The notes under the pieces: model-generated
What the model saw: the letters and a program-made list of their open reading frames with translations, nothing else
Databases searched by the model: none
What the model was told of the DNA's origin: nothing
Shown: piece by piece, positions 53,196-62,557 of the stretch
How the letters are laid out: each line of letters begins with the position of its first letter
Numbering within the stretch: position 1 is the first letter of the stretch
Assembly: GCA_963664405.1 (NCBI GenBank)
Contig: OY761158.1
Coordinates: forward strand, 1,216,001 to 1,280,000
DNA: 64,000 nucleotides
Direction: 5' to 3'
Origin: Thermoanaerobaculia bacterium
Lineage (GTDB): Bacteria > Acidobacteriota > Thermoanaerobaculia > Multivoradales > Multivoraceae
Translations under genes and position numbers: made by a program

Positions 53196-55970
53196 ATGGA
53201 GAATCACAGAGTGAACACCACCACTCTCAAGGCCTTAGTCTCGATCCTCATCATGCTCGCATTCGCTCAGCTGCCGCTGTGGGCTGACGGTCCGCAGACA
53301 GGGGTGATCGAAGGCCGTGTGCTCGACGCGCAGGGCGGGGCCCTGCCCGGTGCCACGGTGACCCTGGCCGGTCCGCAGGGCGAGAAAACCGCGATCACCG
53401 ATGACGCGGGTAAGTATCGTTTCTCGCTATTGCTGGATGGCGGCTACACCGTCACCGCCGAGCTGGAGGGGCTGGGTAAGGCCGAGGCTTCGACGTCCCT
53501 CAATGTCGGCGATCGCCGTAGCATCAACCTCACCCTGGCGGCGGGCACCGCGGAGACCATCACCGTCACCTCCGAGGCCCCCCTGGTCAACAAGTACGAG
53601 ACAGCGTCGACGGCGACACTCGATGCGGAGGTCGCGGAAGCGCTATCGTTCAGCAGTCGCAACTACATGGACAACATAGGCCTTCTGCCTGGCGCAGTGG
53701 TCTCCGACCGACTGGCGACCCAAAATGGTTTTTCCGGCGGTCGCACCGGCGATTCCCTTACCTTCATGGAGGGCGTCGATGTCAGCCAAACCAGGCGCGG
53801 CGGTGAGTTTCGCATCAAGATACCGACTACGGCGGTCGCCCAGACCACCCTGCAGACCGCCGGACTGGGAGCGGAGTACGGCCGGGCCTCCAATGGCCAG
53901 GCCAACACGGTGATCAAGACCGGCACCAACAACTTCCACGGCGAGGCCCTCTATATTGCGCAGAACCCCTCGTGGCGCGAGGACTGGCATACCGCTCCTT
54001 TTAGTGAGATCGCGAAGCCAGACGAGATCGTCAACAGCTTCGAGGTCTCCCTCGGTGGCCCGATCTATCGCGATCGTGCGTGGTTCTTCGCCTCCAAGGC
54101 CAACACTTCCGAGAACAGATACAACTCGACGCAGGACGGCGTGGTATTCGACGTGAGCAACTACGCCGATCCGCTCCTCGCCAAGCTCAACGGTCAACCT
54201 GGCGACAGTCATCAGCTCTCCTTTACCGTCATCAAGGCGCCGAACGAAGATGTCGCCGACGTCGGCAACCCGGGGGACCTGTTCGCCTTTAACGATACCC
54301 GCCGCGACAACGACGTGGTTACGCTGTCGTGGGACTACGCCGTAACCCCCTCCATCTTTCTGGAGTTCAAGGCTGCCGAGATCGAGGATACGCTGCGCAG
54401 AGGGTCGTTGATTACCCGCGAGATCGACCCCAATGCCCCTCCAGACTCCCCCAAGCGAACCGGATTTCGCTATCACGACCTGGCCAGCGGCTTCAAGTAC
54501 AACTTCAACGCACACGGAAACGGTAACGGTTTCGTAAGCGATCCCCGCGAGCAGCTCAATGCCGCGGCAACGATCTTCAGGGGCAACCACGAGCTCAGGG
54601 TCGGCGCCGACCGCCATGACCTGGGTGCTACCGTCACCGTAATTGTCGGCACCGAGTACGCCGGACGGGGCTACGACGAAAACTCGCCCACCGGCTTCGC
54701 GACTCCGGTAAGGAAACGGGTCTTCGAGCAGGCGACGGGGGAGCCCGAGGTCACCAGCGATCTCTCGACCTTCTACGTCCAGGATCGCATCGACATCGGA
54801 GACAAATGGGTCGTCACCGCTGGACTCCGTCTCGAGGACCAGGAGCTCTACGACAACCTCGGTGTACTGGTCAACGACTACAGTGAGCTGGCGCCTCGCT
54901 TGACTGCCGTTTACGACATGAGGGGCGCCGGCGAGCTCCTGCTCCGCGGCACCGCCGGGCGCTACTACAACCTTTTCCTCCTGCAACTCCCGCTGGGGCA
55001 GTTCTTTCAAGGTGCAACCGGTCGCAACATCTACGACCAGTTCCTCTACAACCCCGTGAGCGGGGCCTACGACACCTTCCAGCGGACGGTCAACACGTCG
55101 GTCGACAGGGAAGCGGGGGCAAGCCTCACCCCCGAATTCCAGGACGCCTTCTCGGTCGGGGTCGATTGGCAGCTCAGCAACCTCTGGGTCGCCAAGGCAC
55201 GCGTCGAATACAGGGAGAACAAGGACGTGTGGACGGTGTCGACGCAGTGGGACGACGCCGGTGAGCCCATCTTCGACCTTCGCACCTGGGACTCGGGAGG
55301 AGCACAGCAGATCGCCGACCGCTGGGGCGTTCCCTCTCCCGGCCGCATGTTCCGCGAGCACAAGGGGCTGGTGCTGGAGCTCAACCGTCGCATGCGCGAC
55401 AACTGGACCGTGCGCGCCAACATCGCTTTCAACGACACCAAGGGCAATGTCGATAATCGGACCAACCGCGACGTCACCTTCGATGGTCTCGGCGGCCTCG
55501 AAGTGGGCACCTTGGTCTCCGACCTCACCAGCCGGTTCAGGGACGGCCGAGTCGCTCTCGCTTCCAATCGCGCGATCGTCTTCAACCTCGTCGGCATCAA
55601 GCGATGGCAGATCGGCAACCACAGCCTGAATACGGGCGCCTACTTGAGCTATCGCGAGGGCCAACCCTGGGGGCTTCAGGCGAACGCCAACATGTTCAAT
55701 CCGGAATCGCTCGAGACGCTGCGGGTACGTACCCTCTTGGAGTCCGCCGATACCAACCAGCTTCCGGACCCGACCGTTCTCAATCTCAATGCGAGTTGGG
55801 TCTTCCCGATCAAGGGATCTTTCGAAGGTCAGCTGGGTGTGGAAGTCTGGAACGCCACCAACGAGGACGCCCAGACCAATGTGAATGCTTTAAACGGCAA
55901 CCCGAGGAGCGCCATCACCTCGTACGTGATTCCGCGCGAGTACCGGGTGAACGTAGGGATTCGCTTCTGA
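53196..55970 (+). CDS. TonB-dependent receptor with carboxypeptidase-regulatory-like N-terminal domain
   Basis: Signal peptide; GRVLDAQGGALPGATVTL, AEYGRASNG, KTGTNNFHG and YVQDR; C-terminal VGIRF. Confidence 0.9.
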   Translation: MENHRVNTTTLKALVSILIMLAFAQLPLWADGPQTGVIEGRVLDAQGGALPGATVTLAGPQGEKTAITDDAGKYRFSLLLDGGYTVTAELEGLGKAEASTSLNVGDRRSINLTLAAGTAETITVTSEAPLVNKYETASTATLDAEVAEALSFSSRNYMDNIGLLPGAVVSDRLATQNGFSGGRTGDSLTFMEGVDVSQTRRGGEFRIKIPTTAVAQTTLQTAGLGAEYGRASNGQANTVIKTGTNNFHGEALYIAQNPSWREDWHTAPFSEIAKPDEIVNSFEVSLGGPIYRDRAWFFASKANTSENRYNSTQDGVVFDVSNYADPLLAKLNGQPGDSHQLSFTVIKAPNEDVADVGNPGDLFAFNDTRRDNDVVTLSWDYAVTPSIFLEFKAAEIEDTLRRGSLITREIDPNAPPDSPKRTGFRYHDLASGFKYNFNAHGNGNGFVSDPREQLNAAATIFRGNHELRVGADRHDLGATVTVIVGTEYAGRGYDENSPTGFATPVRKRVFEQATGEPEVTSDLSTFYVQDRIDIGDKWVVTAGLRLEDQELYDNLGVLVNDYSELAPRLTAVYDMRGAGELLLRGTAGRYYNLFLLQLPLGQFFQGATGRNIYDQFLYNPVSGAYDTFQRTVNTSVDREAGASLTPEFQDAFSVGVDWQLSNLWVAKARVEYRENKDVWTVSTQWDDAGEPIFDLRTWDSGGAQQIADRWGVPSPGRMFREHKGLVLELNRRMRDNWTVRANIAFNDTKGNVDNRTNRDVTFDGLGGLEVGTLVSDLTSRFRDGRVALASNRAIVFNLVGIKRWQIGNHSLNTGAYLSYREGQPWGLQANANMFNPESLETLRVRTLLESADTNQLPDPTVLNLNASWVFPIKGSFEGQLGVEVWNATNEDAQTNVNALNGNPRSAITSYVIPREYRVNVGIRF

Positions 55971-56050
55971 CCTGGGTTGCAGTGACCAGCCGGTGACGGA
56001 CGCCCGCGAGGGCTCCTCGCTATTCGTGGCGGACCCTCAGCTCTCAGTAG

Positions 56051-57967
56051 GGAATCCGTAGGGGGCTTCTCTCGATTCTACGAACGCTGTCGGTCTGCAT
56101 TGCGGCACTCTGTGCCCCCATCTCGGTCGGTGCGCAGGAGCCCTACTCGAGCGTAGTCCGGCGCAATACCCCGACTCGCGTCTACTGGGGCGACACCCAT
56201 GTGCATACGGCACTGTCGGCAGACGCGATGAACGGGGGCACGCGTCTGGAGCCAGAGCAGGCCTACCGCTTCGCGCGTGGCGAGCAAGTCACCACCACGA
56301 CTGGCCAACCGGTCAAGCTGCTGCGTCCGCTGGACTTCATCGTCGTCGCCGACCACGCCAACAACATCGGCGCCGGCTTGGCGCGCCACAAGTTCGTGGT
56401 GGACCCGGCGTTTCGGCGTACCGAGATCGGGCGGGCCTGGCAGCGCGCCCTTCGCGATCTACGACGCCGTAGCGACATCGATCAGCAGGAGCTCGAGAGC
56501 GGCCCACTGCTGACCGGGCACCGCCCGGGGAGGGTCTCGGTTCGGGACCAGCGATTCCGTCAGACTGTCTGGCGCAAGATCACCAGCAACGCCGACCGCT
56601 ACAACGAACCCGGTGTATTCACCGCCTTCATCGGTTACGAGTGGACACCGAGCGTGGCGTTGACCGGGGGCCCTCATCGCATCGTGATCTTCAAGGACGG
56701 TGCGTCGATGGTGAACCGCGTGCTGCCCTTTACCTCTTATGATAGTTCCAAGGAGGAAGAGCTCTGGGCCTTCCTGGCGGAGTACGAGCGCAAGGTTGGC
56801 GGGGCAGTTCTCGCCATCCCGCACAACAGCAACCTCACCGGCGGTGAAATGTTCCGTTTACAGGACTCCTGGGGCCAGCCGCTCACAGCGGAGTACGGGC
56901 GACAGCGTTCGCTGTGGGAGCCGCTCCTCGAAGTTACCCAGATCAAGGGGGACAGCGAGACCCACCCCTACCTCTCAGCCACCGACGAGTTTGCCGACTT
57001 CGAGACCTGGAATGGCTGGGGCGGAAGGCGCGGGTGCCGTCCGAGCCTGGACTGTTTGCCTGGCGGCCCCGCTACACGGTCGAACGAGCTGATTCAGTAC
57101 GAGTACGCTCGCTCGGCGCTCAAGCTCGGCCTGGCGCAGCAGGCTCAAAATGGAGTCAATCCCTTCAAGTACGGCATGATCGGCAGCTCCGACTCGCATA
57201 CCGCGCTGGCTTCCGTCGACGAAGACAACTTCTTCGGCAAGGTGACCAGCAGCGAACCGAGTGTGACGCGATTCTCGAACCAGTCTCCCACTAGCAACTG
57301 GGAGATGAGCGCGGCCGGCTACGCGGCGGTGTGGGCGACCGAGAACACGCGAGAGGCGCTCTTCGATGCGATGCGGCGAAGAGAAGTCTACGCCTCGACG
57401 GGTCCGCGCATGACGGTGCGCTTCTTCGGCGGTTGGGGCTTCGTGCCCGAAGACGCCCACCGCTCAAACCTCGCGCGCGTCGGTTACGAGAAGGGGGTGC
57501 CCATGGGTGCCGATCTCGCGCATGGTCCGTCGGGCCGATCGCCTACCTTCTTGATCCGTGCAGTGAAAGATCCCGACGGCGCGAACCTCGACCGAGCCCA
57601 GGTGATCAAGGGCTGGCGTGACCGAAGCGGCGAGCTCTACGAAAGGGTCTACGACGTTGCCCTGTCAGACGGGCGCAGCGTGGGTCGTGGGGGCAAGGTG
57701 GAGCCCGTCGGCAACACCGTCGATCTGACTAACGTCACCTATCTGAACAGCATCGGAGATCCGGAGCTGGCCGTGGTCTGGCAGGATCCCGACTTCGACC
57801 CCGACGAGCACGCGTTCTACTACCTACGCGTCCTCGAGATTCCCACCCCGCGCTGGACGGCGTACGACGTCAAGCGCTTCGGCCTGGAAGATGTGCCCGA
57901 GGAGGTGACGATGATCACCCAGGAGCGGGCCTACAGCTCTCCGATCTGGTACACCGCAGAGGAGTAG
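56051..57967 (+). CDS. DUF3604 domain protein; start codon unclear
   Basis: YWGDTHVHT, PLDFIVVADH, GYEWT, IPHNSNL, KGDSETHP, GSSDSH and QERAYSSPIWY. The frame is open from 56051 with a signal-peptide-like stretch. Confidence 0.85.
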   Translation, partial: GIRRGLLSILRTLSVCIAALCAPISVGAQEPYSSVVRRNTPTRVYWGDTHVHTALSADAMNGGTRLEPEQAYRFARGEQVTTTTGQPVKLLRPLDFIVVADHANNIGAGLARHKFVVDPAFRRTEIGRAWQRALRDLRRRSDIDQQELESGPLLTGHRPGRVSVRDQRFRQTVWRKITSNADRYNEPGVFTAFIGYEWTPSVALTGGPHRIVIFKDGASMVNRVLPFTSYDSSKEEELWAFLAEYERKVGGAVLAIPHNSNLTGGEMFRLQDSWGQPLTAEYGRQRSLWEPLLEVTQIKGDSETHPYLSATDEFADFETWNGWGGRRGCRPSLDCLPGGPATRSNELIQYEYARSALKLGLAQQAQNGVNPFKYGMIGSSDSHTALASVDEDNFFGKVTSSEPSVTRFSNQSPTSNWEMSAAGYAAVWATENTREALFDAMRRREVYASTGPRMTVRFFGGWGFVPEDAHRSNLARVGYEKGVPMGADLAHGPSGRSPTFLIRAVKDPDGANLDRAQVIKGWRDRSGELYERVYDVALSDGRSVGRGGKVEPVGNTVDLTNVTYLNSIGDPELAVVWQDPDFDPDEHAFYYLRVLEIPTPRWTAYDVKRFGLEDVPEEVTMITQERAYSSPIWYTAEE

Positions 57968-57971
57968 CCAC

Positions 57972-59237
57972 GTGAACACGAACATCAGTCGCCGTCACTT
58001 CCTCACCAGCCTCGGGGCGAGTGGGGCCGCCCTCGCCGCCAGCGGGGCCCGCTTCGCTACGCCCGCCGCCGCCGCGATCCCGGGTGAGCGCCTCACCATC
58101 CATTCGGTCGACTGCTACCCGGTGAAGCTGTGGTCCGGGACTCCCGCTCTCAGCACTTTCCCTTCGCGCCGCGGCGCCATCACCTCCGACTTCGACCCTC
58201 GTCGCTGGCTCCCCTCGGGCCCCTTCGGGCAGCTCGGCGGGGCTACGGTGGTGGTGATCCACACCGACCAGGGGGTGACCGGTTACGGGCTGGGCTGTGG
58301 TGGGGCCGCCGCGGCCACCATCATCCACGGCCATCTACGCGATCTCCTGGTGGGGGCCGACGCACGCAATGTCGAGATGCTGTGGGAGCAGCTCTACGGG
58401 TCGGGGCTAGCCTACGGTCGGCGCGGTGTTTTTGTCATGGCTCTGAGTGGCATCGACAACGCGCTGTGGGACATCGCGGGCAAGGCCGCGGGCCTGCCGG
58501 TATGGCGCTTGCTGGGCGGCGTCCACAAAGAGCGGGTGCCGGCCTACTACACCGGGACTCTGGTCGAGCGGGGCCTGGACATGGGCTTCGAGAACTTCAA
58601 GCTGACGGGGATGCCCGCAATGTCGGAGGGGAGGGAGACGATGGCCCGCCTGCAGTCGGTGCTGGAGGAGGTGAGAGGCCAGATCGGCGACGAGCGCCGG
58701 CTGATGATCGACTGCTCGATGAAGTGGAACGACGTCGAGTTCACCATGGAGATGCACGATCGCCTGGCGCATCTCGGTCTCTACTTCATCGAGGAGCCGC
58801 TCTCGGCCGACGACATCCTGGGCTACGCCGAGCTGGTGCGACGTTTCGAAGGGCCGCTGGTGGCCTCCGGCGAGCACGAGTACACCCACTTCGGCTTCGA
58901 GATGCTCTTTCACCACGACGCGGTCCAGGTCGTCCAGCCCGATGTCAGCTGGTGCGGCGGCATCACCTCGCTGCGACGCATCAGCGTGATGGCCGAAGAG
59001 CGCGGCCTACCCTTCATCCCGCACCGTGGCGGCAGTCTCTTCGGCCTTCCCCTCGTTCTGACCTCTTCGAACGCGCCCATGGCCGAGAGCTTTGGCACCT
59101 TGGACGATGCAGCCAACGATCTGATGCTCGCCATGACCTCGCCCTTCGAGAGCGGACACTACCTGGCACCTTCCGGCCCTGGCTTCGGTACCGAGATCAC
59201 CGAGGATCTGGTCAGGCGCCACCTGGCACCGGCATAA
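57972..59237 (+). CDS. Mandelate racemase/enolase-superfamily dehydratase (L-rhamnonate dehydratase-like) with Tat signal
   Basis: SRRHFL Tat motif; SGIDNALWDIAGK, LMIDC, FIEEP, SGEHEYT and QPDVSWCGG. Confidence 0.85.
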   Translation: MNTNISRRHFLTSLGASGAALAASGARFATPAAAAIPGERLTIHSVDCYPVKLWSGTPALSTFPSRRGAITSDFDPRRWLPSGPFGQLGGATVVVIHTDQGVTGYGLGCGGAAAATIIHGHLRDLLVGADARNVEMLWEQLYGSGLAYGRRGVFVMALSGIDNALWDIAGKAAGLPVWRLLGGVHKERVPAYYTGTLVERGLDMGFENFKLTGMPAMSEGRETMARLQSVLEEVRGQIGDERRLMIDCSMKWNDVEFTMEMHDRLAHLGLYFIEEPLSADDILGYAELVRRFEGPLVASGEHEYTHFGFEMLFHHDAVQVVQPDVSWCGGITSLRRISVMAEERGLPFIPHRGGSLFGLPLVLTSSNAPMAESFGTLDDAANDLMLAMTSPFESGHYLAPSGPGFGTEITEDLVRRHLAPA

Positions 59238-59251
59238 GGAGTAACTACGCA

Positions 59252-61063
59252 ATGAGGAAACCTCTCGTATCGCCAAGCCTGCTGTTGGCAGCGTGTGCAG
59301 TTCTTTCAGTGGCCGCGGGGCCGGTCGTACCCCAAGCCGCATCGGGGACCGACTTCGTTCCGGTAACCGACGCCATGCTGCAGAGCCCGAGCGACGACGA
59401 CTGGCTGATGTGGCGGCGCACCCTCGACAGCTGGGCCTACAGCCCGCTAGACCAGATCAACCGCGAGAACGTGGGGGATCTCGCCCTGGTCTGGGCTCGA
59501 GGCATGACGGCCGGCATCCAGACCGGGACGCCGCTGGTCTACAACGGTGTCCTGTACATGCCGAACCCGAAGGATGTGATTCAAGCGATCGACGCGGTGA
59601 CCGGCGACCTCATCTGGGAGTATCGCCGCGAGGTCCCCGACGACATCATGGGCTACCTCGGCTCCCTCGCCGAGAACAACCGCAACCTCGCAATCTACGA
59701 CAATCTGATCATCGATACCAGCGTAGACGACTACATCTTCGCCCTCGACGCGAGAACGGGGGAGCTGGTCTGGGAGACCCAGATCCTCGATTACAAGAAG
59801 AAACCGGCGATTCAGGGCTCCGGCCCCATCATCGCCGACGGCAGAGCGATCTCGGGGCGCAGTTGCCGGACGCTCGGTGGGCCGGACGCCTGTGTTATCA
59901 CTGCGCACGACGCGAAAACCGGCAAGGAGCTGTGGCGGCGGCGGACGATTCCGGCGCCAGGCGAGCCTGGCAACGAGACCTGGGGTGACGTGCCCTTCGA
60001 AGAGCGAAAGCACGTCGGCAGCTGGACCGCGGCGAGCTACGATCCCCAGCTCGAGCTCATCTATATGGGAACATCGGTGACTTCGCCGGCGCCGAAGTTC
60101 CTGTTGGGTGGCACTAATCTCAAGCACCTCTACCACAACTCGACCCTCGCGCTCGAGGTAGATACCGGGGAGATCAACTGGTACTACCAGCATCTCAACG
60201 ACCACTGGGATTTAGACCATCCCTTCGAGCGCATCCTGGTCGACACCGCGGTGTCGCCCGACCGCAATGAAGTACCGTGGATCAATCCGCGTGTGCAGGC
60301 CGGTGAGGTCCGCAAAGTCATGACCGGGATTCCGGGCAAGACGGGTGTGGTCTACACAATCGACCGCGAGACCGGGGAGTTTCTGTGGGCTACACCGACG
60401 GTGCCGCAGAACGTAATCAGCAACATAGACGGGGCCACGGGCGCCGTGACCGAGAACGAAGAAACGGTCTTCACTGAGTTGGGGCAGACAATTCTAGTCT
60501 GCCCCACCTATGCAGGCGGTAGGGGCCCACAGGCCGGCGCTTACAGTCCGCTGACGAATATGATCTACAACCCCTTGCGCAACGCTTGCGCGCAGATGAC
60601 TTCTGACCTTGCCGGGCGACTCCCCACCTACGCGCTCGACGCCACCCACCAGATGGCACCCGGCTTCGAGCTGCTGGGAAATGTTCGGGCGGTTTCGGTG
60701 GAGACCGGCAAGACAGCTTGGATCTACGAGCAGCCGGCCGCCACTATGTCGATCTTCACCAGCGGGGGCGGGCTGGTGTTCGGCGGGGACGTGAAGGGAC
60801 GCTTCCGGGCCCTGGACCAGGAGACAGGCGAGGTGCTGTGGGAGGTCAATCTCGGCGCGATGGTCTCCGGCTATCCAATCAGCTATGGCGTCGACGGACG
60901 CCAATATATCGTCGCCTCGACCGGTAAATCGGTGCAGGGAATGAACGTCGAGGGGATCACGCCTACGACAACCACGGTGACCGGCGACTCCTCCAGGGGC
61001 CTGCCCTCGAGGTACCCGAACAACCTCTTCGTATTCGCACTCCCTCGGCCAGCCAGTGAGTGA
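59252..61063 (+). CDS. PQQ-dependent dehydrogenase (beta-propeller), secreted
   Basis: ATG 59252 after AAGGAG; DWLMWRRT, YSPLDQIN, TPLVYNGVLY, WYYQHLNDHWDLD and PISYGVDGRQYI. Confidence 0.9.
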   Translation: MRKPLVSPSLLLAACAVLSVAAGPVVPQAASGTDFVPVTDAMLQSPSDDDWLMWRRTLDSWAYSPLDQINRENVGDLALVWARGMTAGIQTGTPLVYNGVLYMPNPKDVIQAIDAVTGDLIWEYRREVPDDIMGYLGSLAENNRNLAIYDNLIIDTSVDDYIFALDARTGELVWETQILDYKKKPAIQGSGPIIADGRAISGRSCRTLGGPDACVITAHDAKTGKELWRRRTIPAPGEPGNETWGDVPFEERKHVGSWTAASYDPQLELIYMGTSVTSPAPKFLLGGTNLKHLYHNSTLALEVDTGEINWYYQHLNDHWDLDHPFERILVDTAVSPDRNEVPWINPRVQAGEVRKVMTGIPGKTGVVYTIDRETGEFLWATPTVPQNVISNIDGATGAVTENEETVFTELGQTILVCPTYAGGRGPQAGAYSPLTNMIYNPLRNACAQMTSDLAGRLPTYALDATHQMAPGFELLGNVRAVSVETGKTAWIYEQPAATMSIFTSGGGLVFGGDVKGRFRALDQETGEVLWEVNLGAMVSGYPISYGVDGRQYIVASTGKSVQGMNVEGITPTTTTVTGDSSRGLPSRYPNNLFVFALPRPASE

Positions 61064-61106
61064 CGCGTCTGAAAGTACGGTCCGACCGCCCGTATTACCG
61101 CACATC

Positions 61107-62303
61107 ATGACTAGACCAGCGTTTCCAAAGTTCGTGTGCAATAGCTCGAGGTCATTCTGTTCGCTGGCCAGGCGCGCCGACGCAGGCATATTGGGCAATA
61201 TGTCGAGGAGGCGAAACGCCGTCAGCGGACAGAAGGGGCCGAGATATGTGCGCGAACTTTGGAAACGCTCGTCTAGCGCACAATTGAAAATCAACGCCGT
61301 GCTCGTCGGCCTTGCCGCCTGTTTGATCACCGGGCTGCTGCACGCTGCAGATCCCATCGCCACAGACACCCACCGCTTCATCGAAATCAGAAACGGGATT
61401 TACCTGGCGCAAACGACGGCGTCGGTGTTCAACAGCAACTCGTTGGTTGTCGTCAACGACCAGGATGTCGTGGTGGTGGATTCCCATGCCACTCCGGCCA
61501 AAGCACGCGATCTCGTCGCTTCGATCAAGGCGATCACAGCGAAGCCCGTGACCGCGCTGATCAACTCCCACCATCATTGGGACCACACCAACGGCAATCA
61601 GGAGTTCACCGACATTCCGATCATCGGCCATGAGTTCACCTATATGAAACTGGCGATCGCGCCGCATGAAGAGGTAAGCCGTCACCGTGGTCTCAGCCGC
61701 CAGAATGGAGAATTGGCTCAGTTGAGGGAACAGATCGCGTCCGTCGAGGACGACGAGGAGAAAAAACGACTCGAGACCCAAGCGGCGGTGCTTGGCGCGC
61801 ACCTTGGCGACTTCGACGAGGTCGATCCGACGCCACCCAATGTGACTATCAGCGACCGCATGACGCTCTATCGAGAGAAGCGCGAGATCCAGGTAATCTT
61901 CACTGGGCGCGCTCATACAGGGGGTGACGTCGTCGTCTACTTTCCCCAGGACAGGCTCGTCTTCACCGGCGATATGGCGCTAGGAGGGCCGTCATTCATG
62001 GGCGACGGGTTCGTCGATGAGTGGCCCCAGACCATGGAGAATCTCAAAGCGCTCGATTTCGACATCTTCGTTCCTGGCCACGGCAAGCCGGTCACCGACT
62101 TGAGAAGAATCGATCTCGTTCAGGAGTACTACAGAGACCTTTGGAAGAAGACGGCCGCCAAGCATGCCGCAGGGGTGAGCCCGGAGGAGGCTGCCCGCAC
62201 CATCGACATGACCAATCACACCGAGATCCCCATCCCAGAGCCGGGCGTGAACCTCCTGGCAGTAGAACGGATGTACACTCGGCTGGAGAGGCTCCAGAAA
62301 TGA
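61107..62303 (+). CDS. Metallo-beta-lactamase-fold hydrolase (cyclase-like), secreted; a repeat element lies in frame at the 5' end
   Basis: NSHHHWDHTNGN, AHTGGD, FTGD and VPGHG; signal-like KINAVLVGLAACLITGLLHA. Start is ATG 61107 or TTG 61284. Confidence 0.85.
   Translation: MTRPAFPKFVCNSSRSFCSLARRADAGILGNMSRRRNAVSGQKGPRYVRELWKRSSSAQLKINAVLVGLAACLITGLLHAADPIATDTHRFIEIRNGIYLAQTTASVFNSNSLVVVNDQDVVVVDSHATPAKARDLVASIKAITAKPVTALINSHHHWDHTNGNQEFTDIPIIGHEFTYMKLAIAPHEEVSRHRGLSRQNGELAQLREQIASVEDDEEKKRLETQAAVLGAHLGDFDEVDPTPPNVTISDRMTLYREKREIQVIFTGRAHTGGDVVVYFPQDRLVFTGDMALGGPSFMGDGFVDEWPQTMENLKALDFDIFVPGHGKPVTDLRRIDLVQEYYRDLWKKTAAKHAAGVSPEEAARTIDMTNHTEIPIPEPGVNLLAVERMYTRLERLQK
61111..61276 (+). repeat. 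CTAG-flanked palindromic MITE-like element, family 1, copy C
   Basis: CTAGACCAGCGTTTCCAAAGTTCG ... CGAACTTTGGAAACGCTCGTCTAG; 162 bp between the CTAGs. Confidence 0.9.
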
Positions 62304-62395
62304 TGGCTATCATTTCCTCCGCCTCTAGTTGTCTTTTGGCGCCGAGGACGGCGCACTTTGAGCTTGCTTCCTATTCGCTCCGGGAAACGGCTCAG
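62297..62395. repeat. Intergenic structured repeat, family 2, copy B
   Basis: GAAATGAT-GGCT-ATCATTTC...CTAGTTGTCTTTTGGCGCCGAGGACGGCGCACT...GCTTCCTATTCGCTCCGGG aligns with 29170-29265. Confidence 0.7.
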
Positions 62396-62557
62396 ACAGA
62401 TTCTGCAAGTCTCGGGTGAGGTTGGCGCGGAGAAATACTCGCTTGTCCGAATACTCGCCCGCGCTCAATCCTGACTGAGAGTCGATGTCCTCGCGCCATC
62501 TCCGGCGCTCGAGCCGGGTTAGTATCTGAAAACCACCACACCAAGGAGGGCGTCACG

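Noticed and set aside
58130-59251. 977-aa ORF extension of the PQQ dehydrogenase, and the similar 26474-27178 extension
   Set aside because: The extensions overlap real upstream genes in another frame. SD-preceded ATGs at 59252 and 27179 give the true starts.
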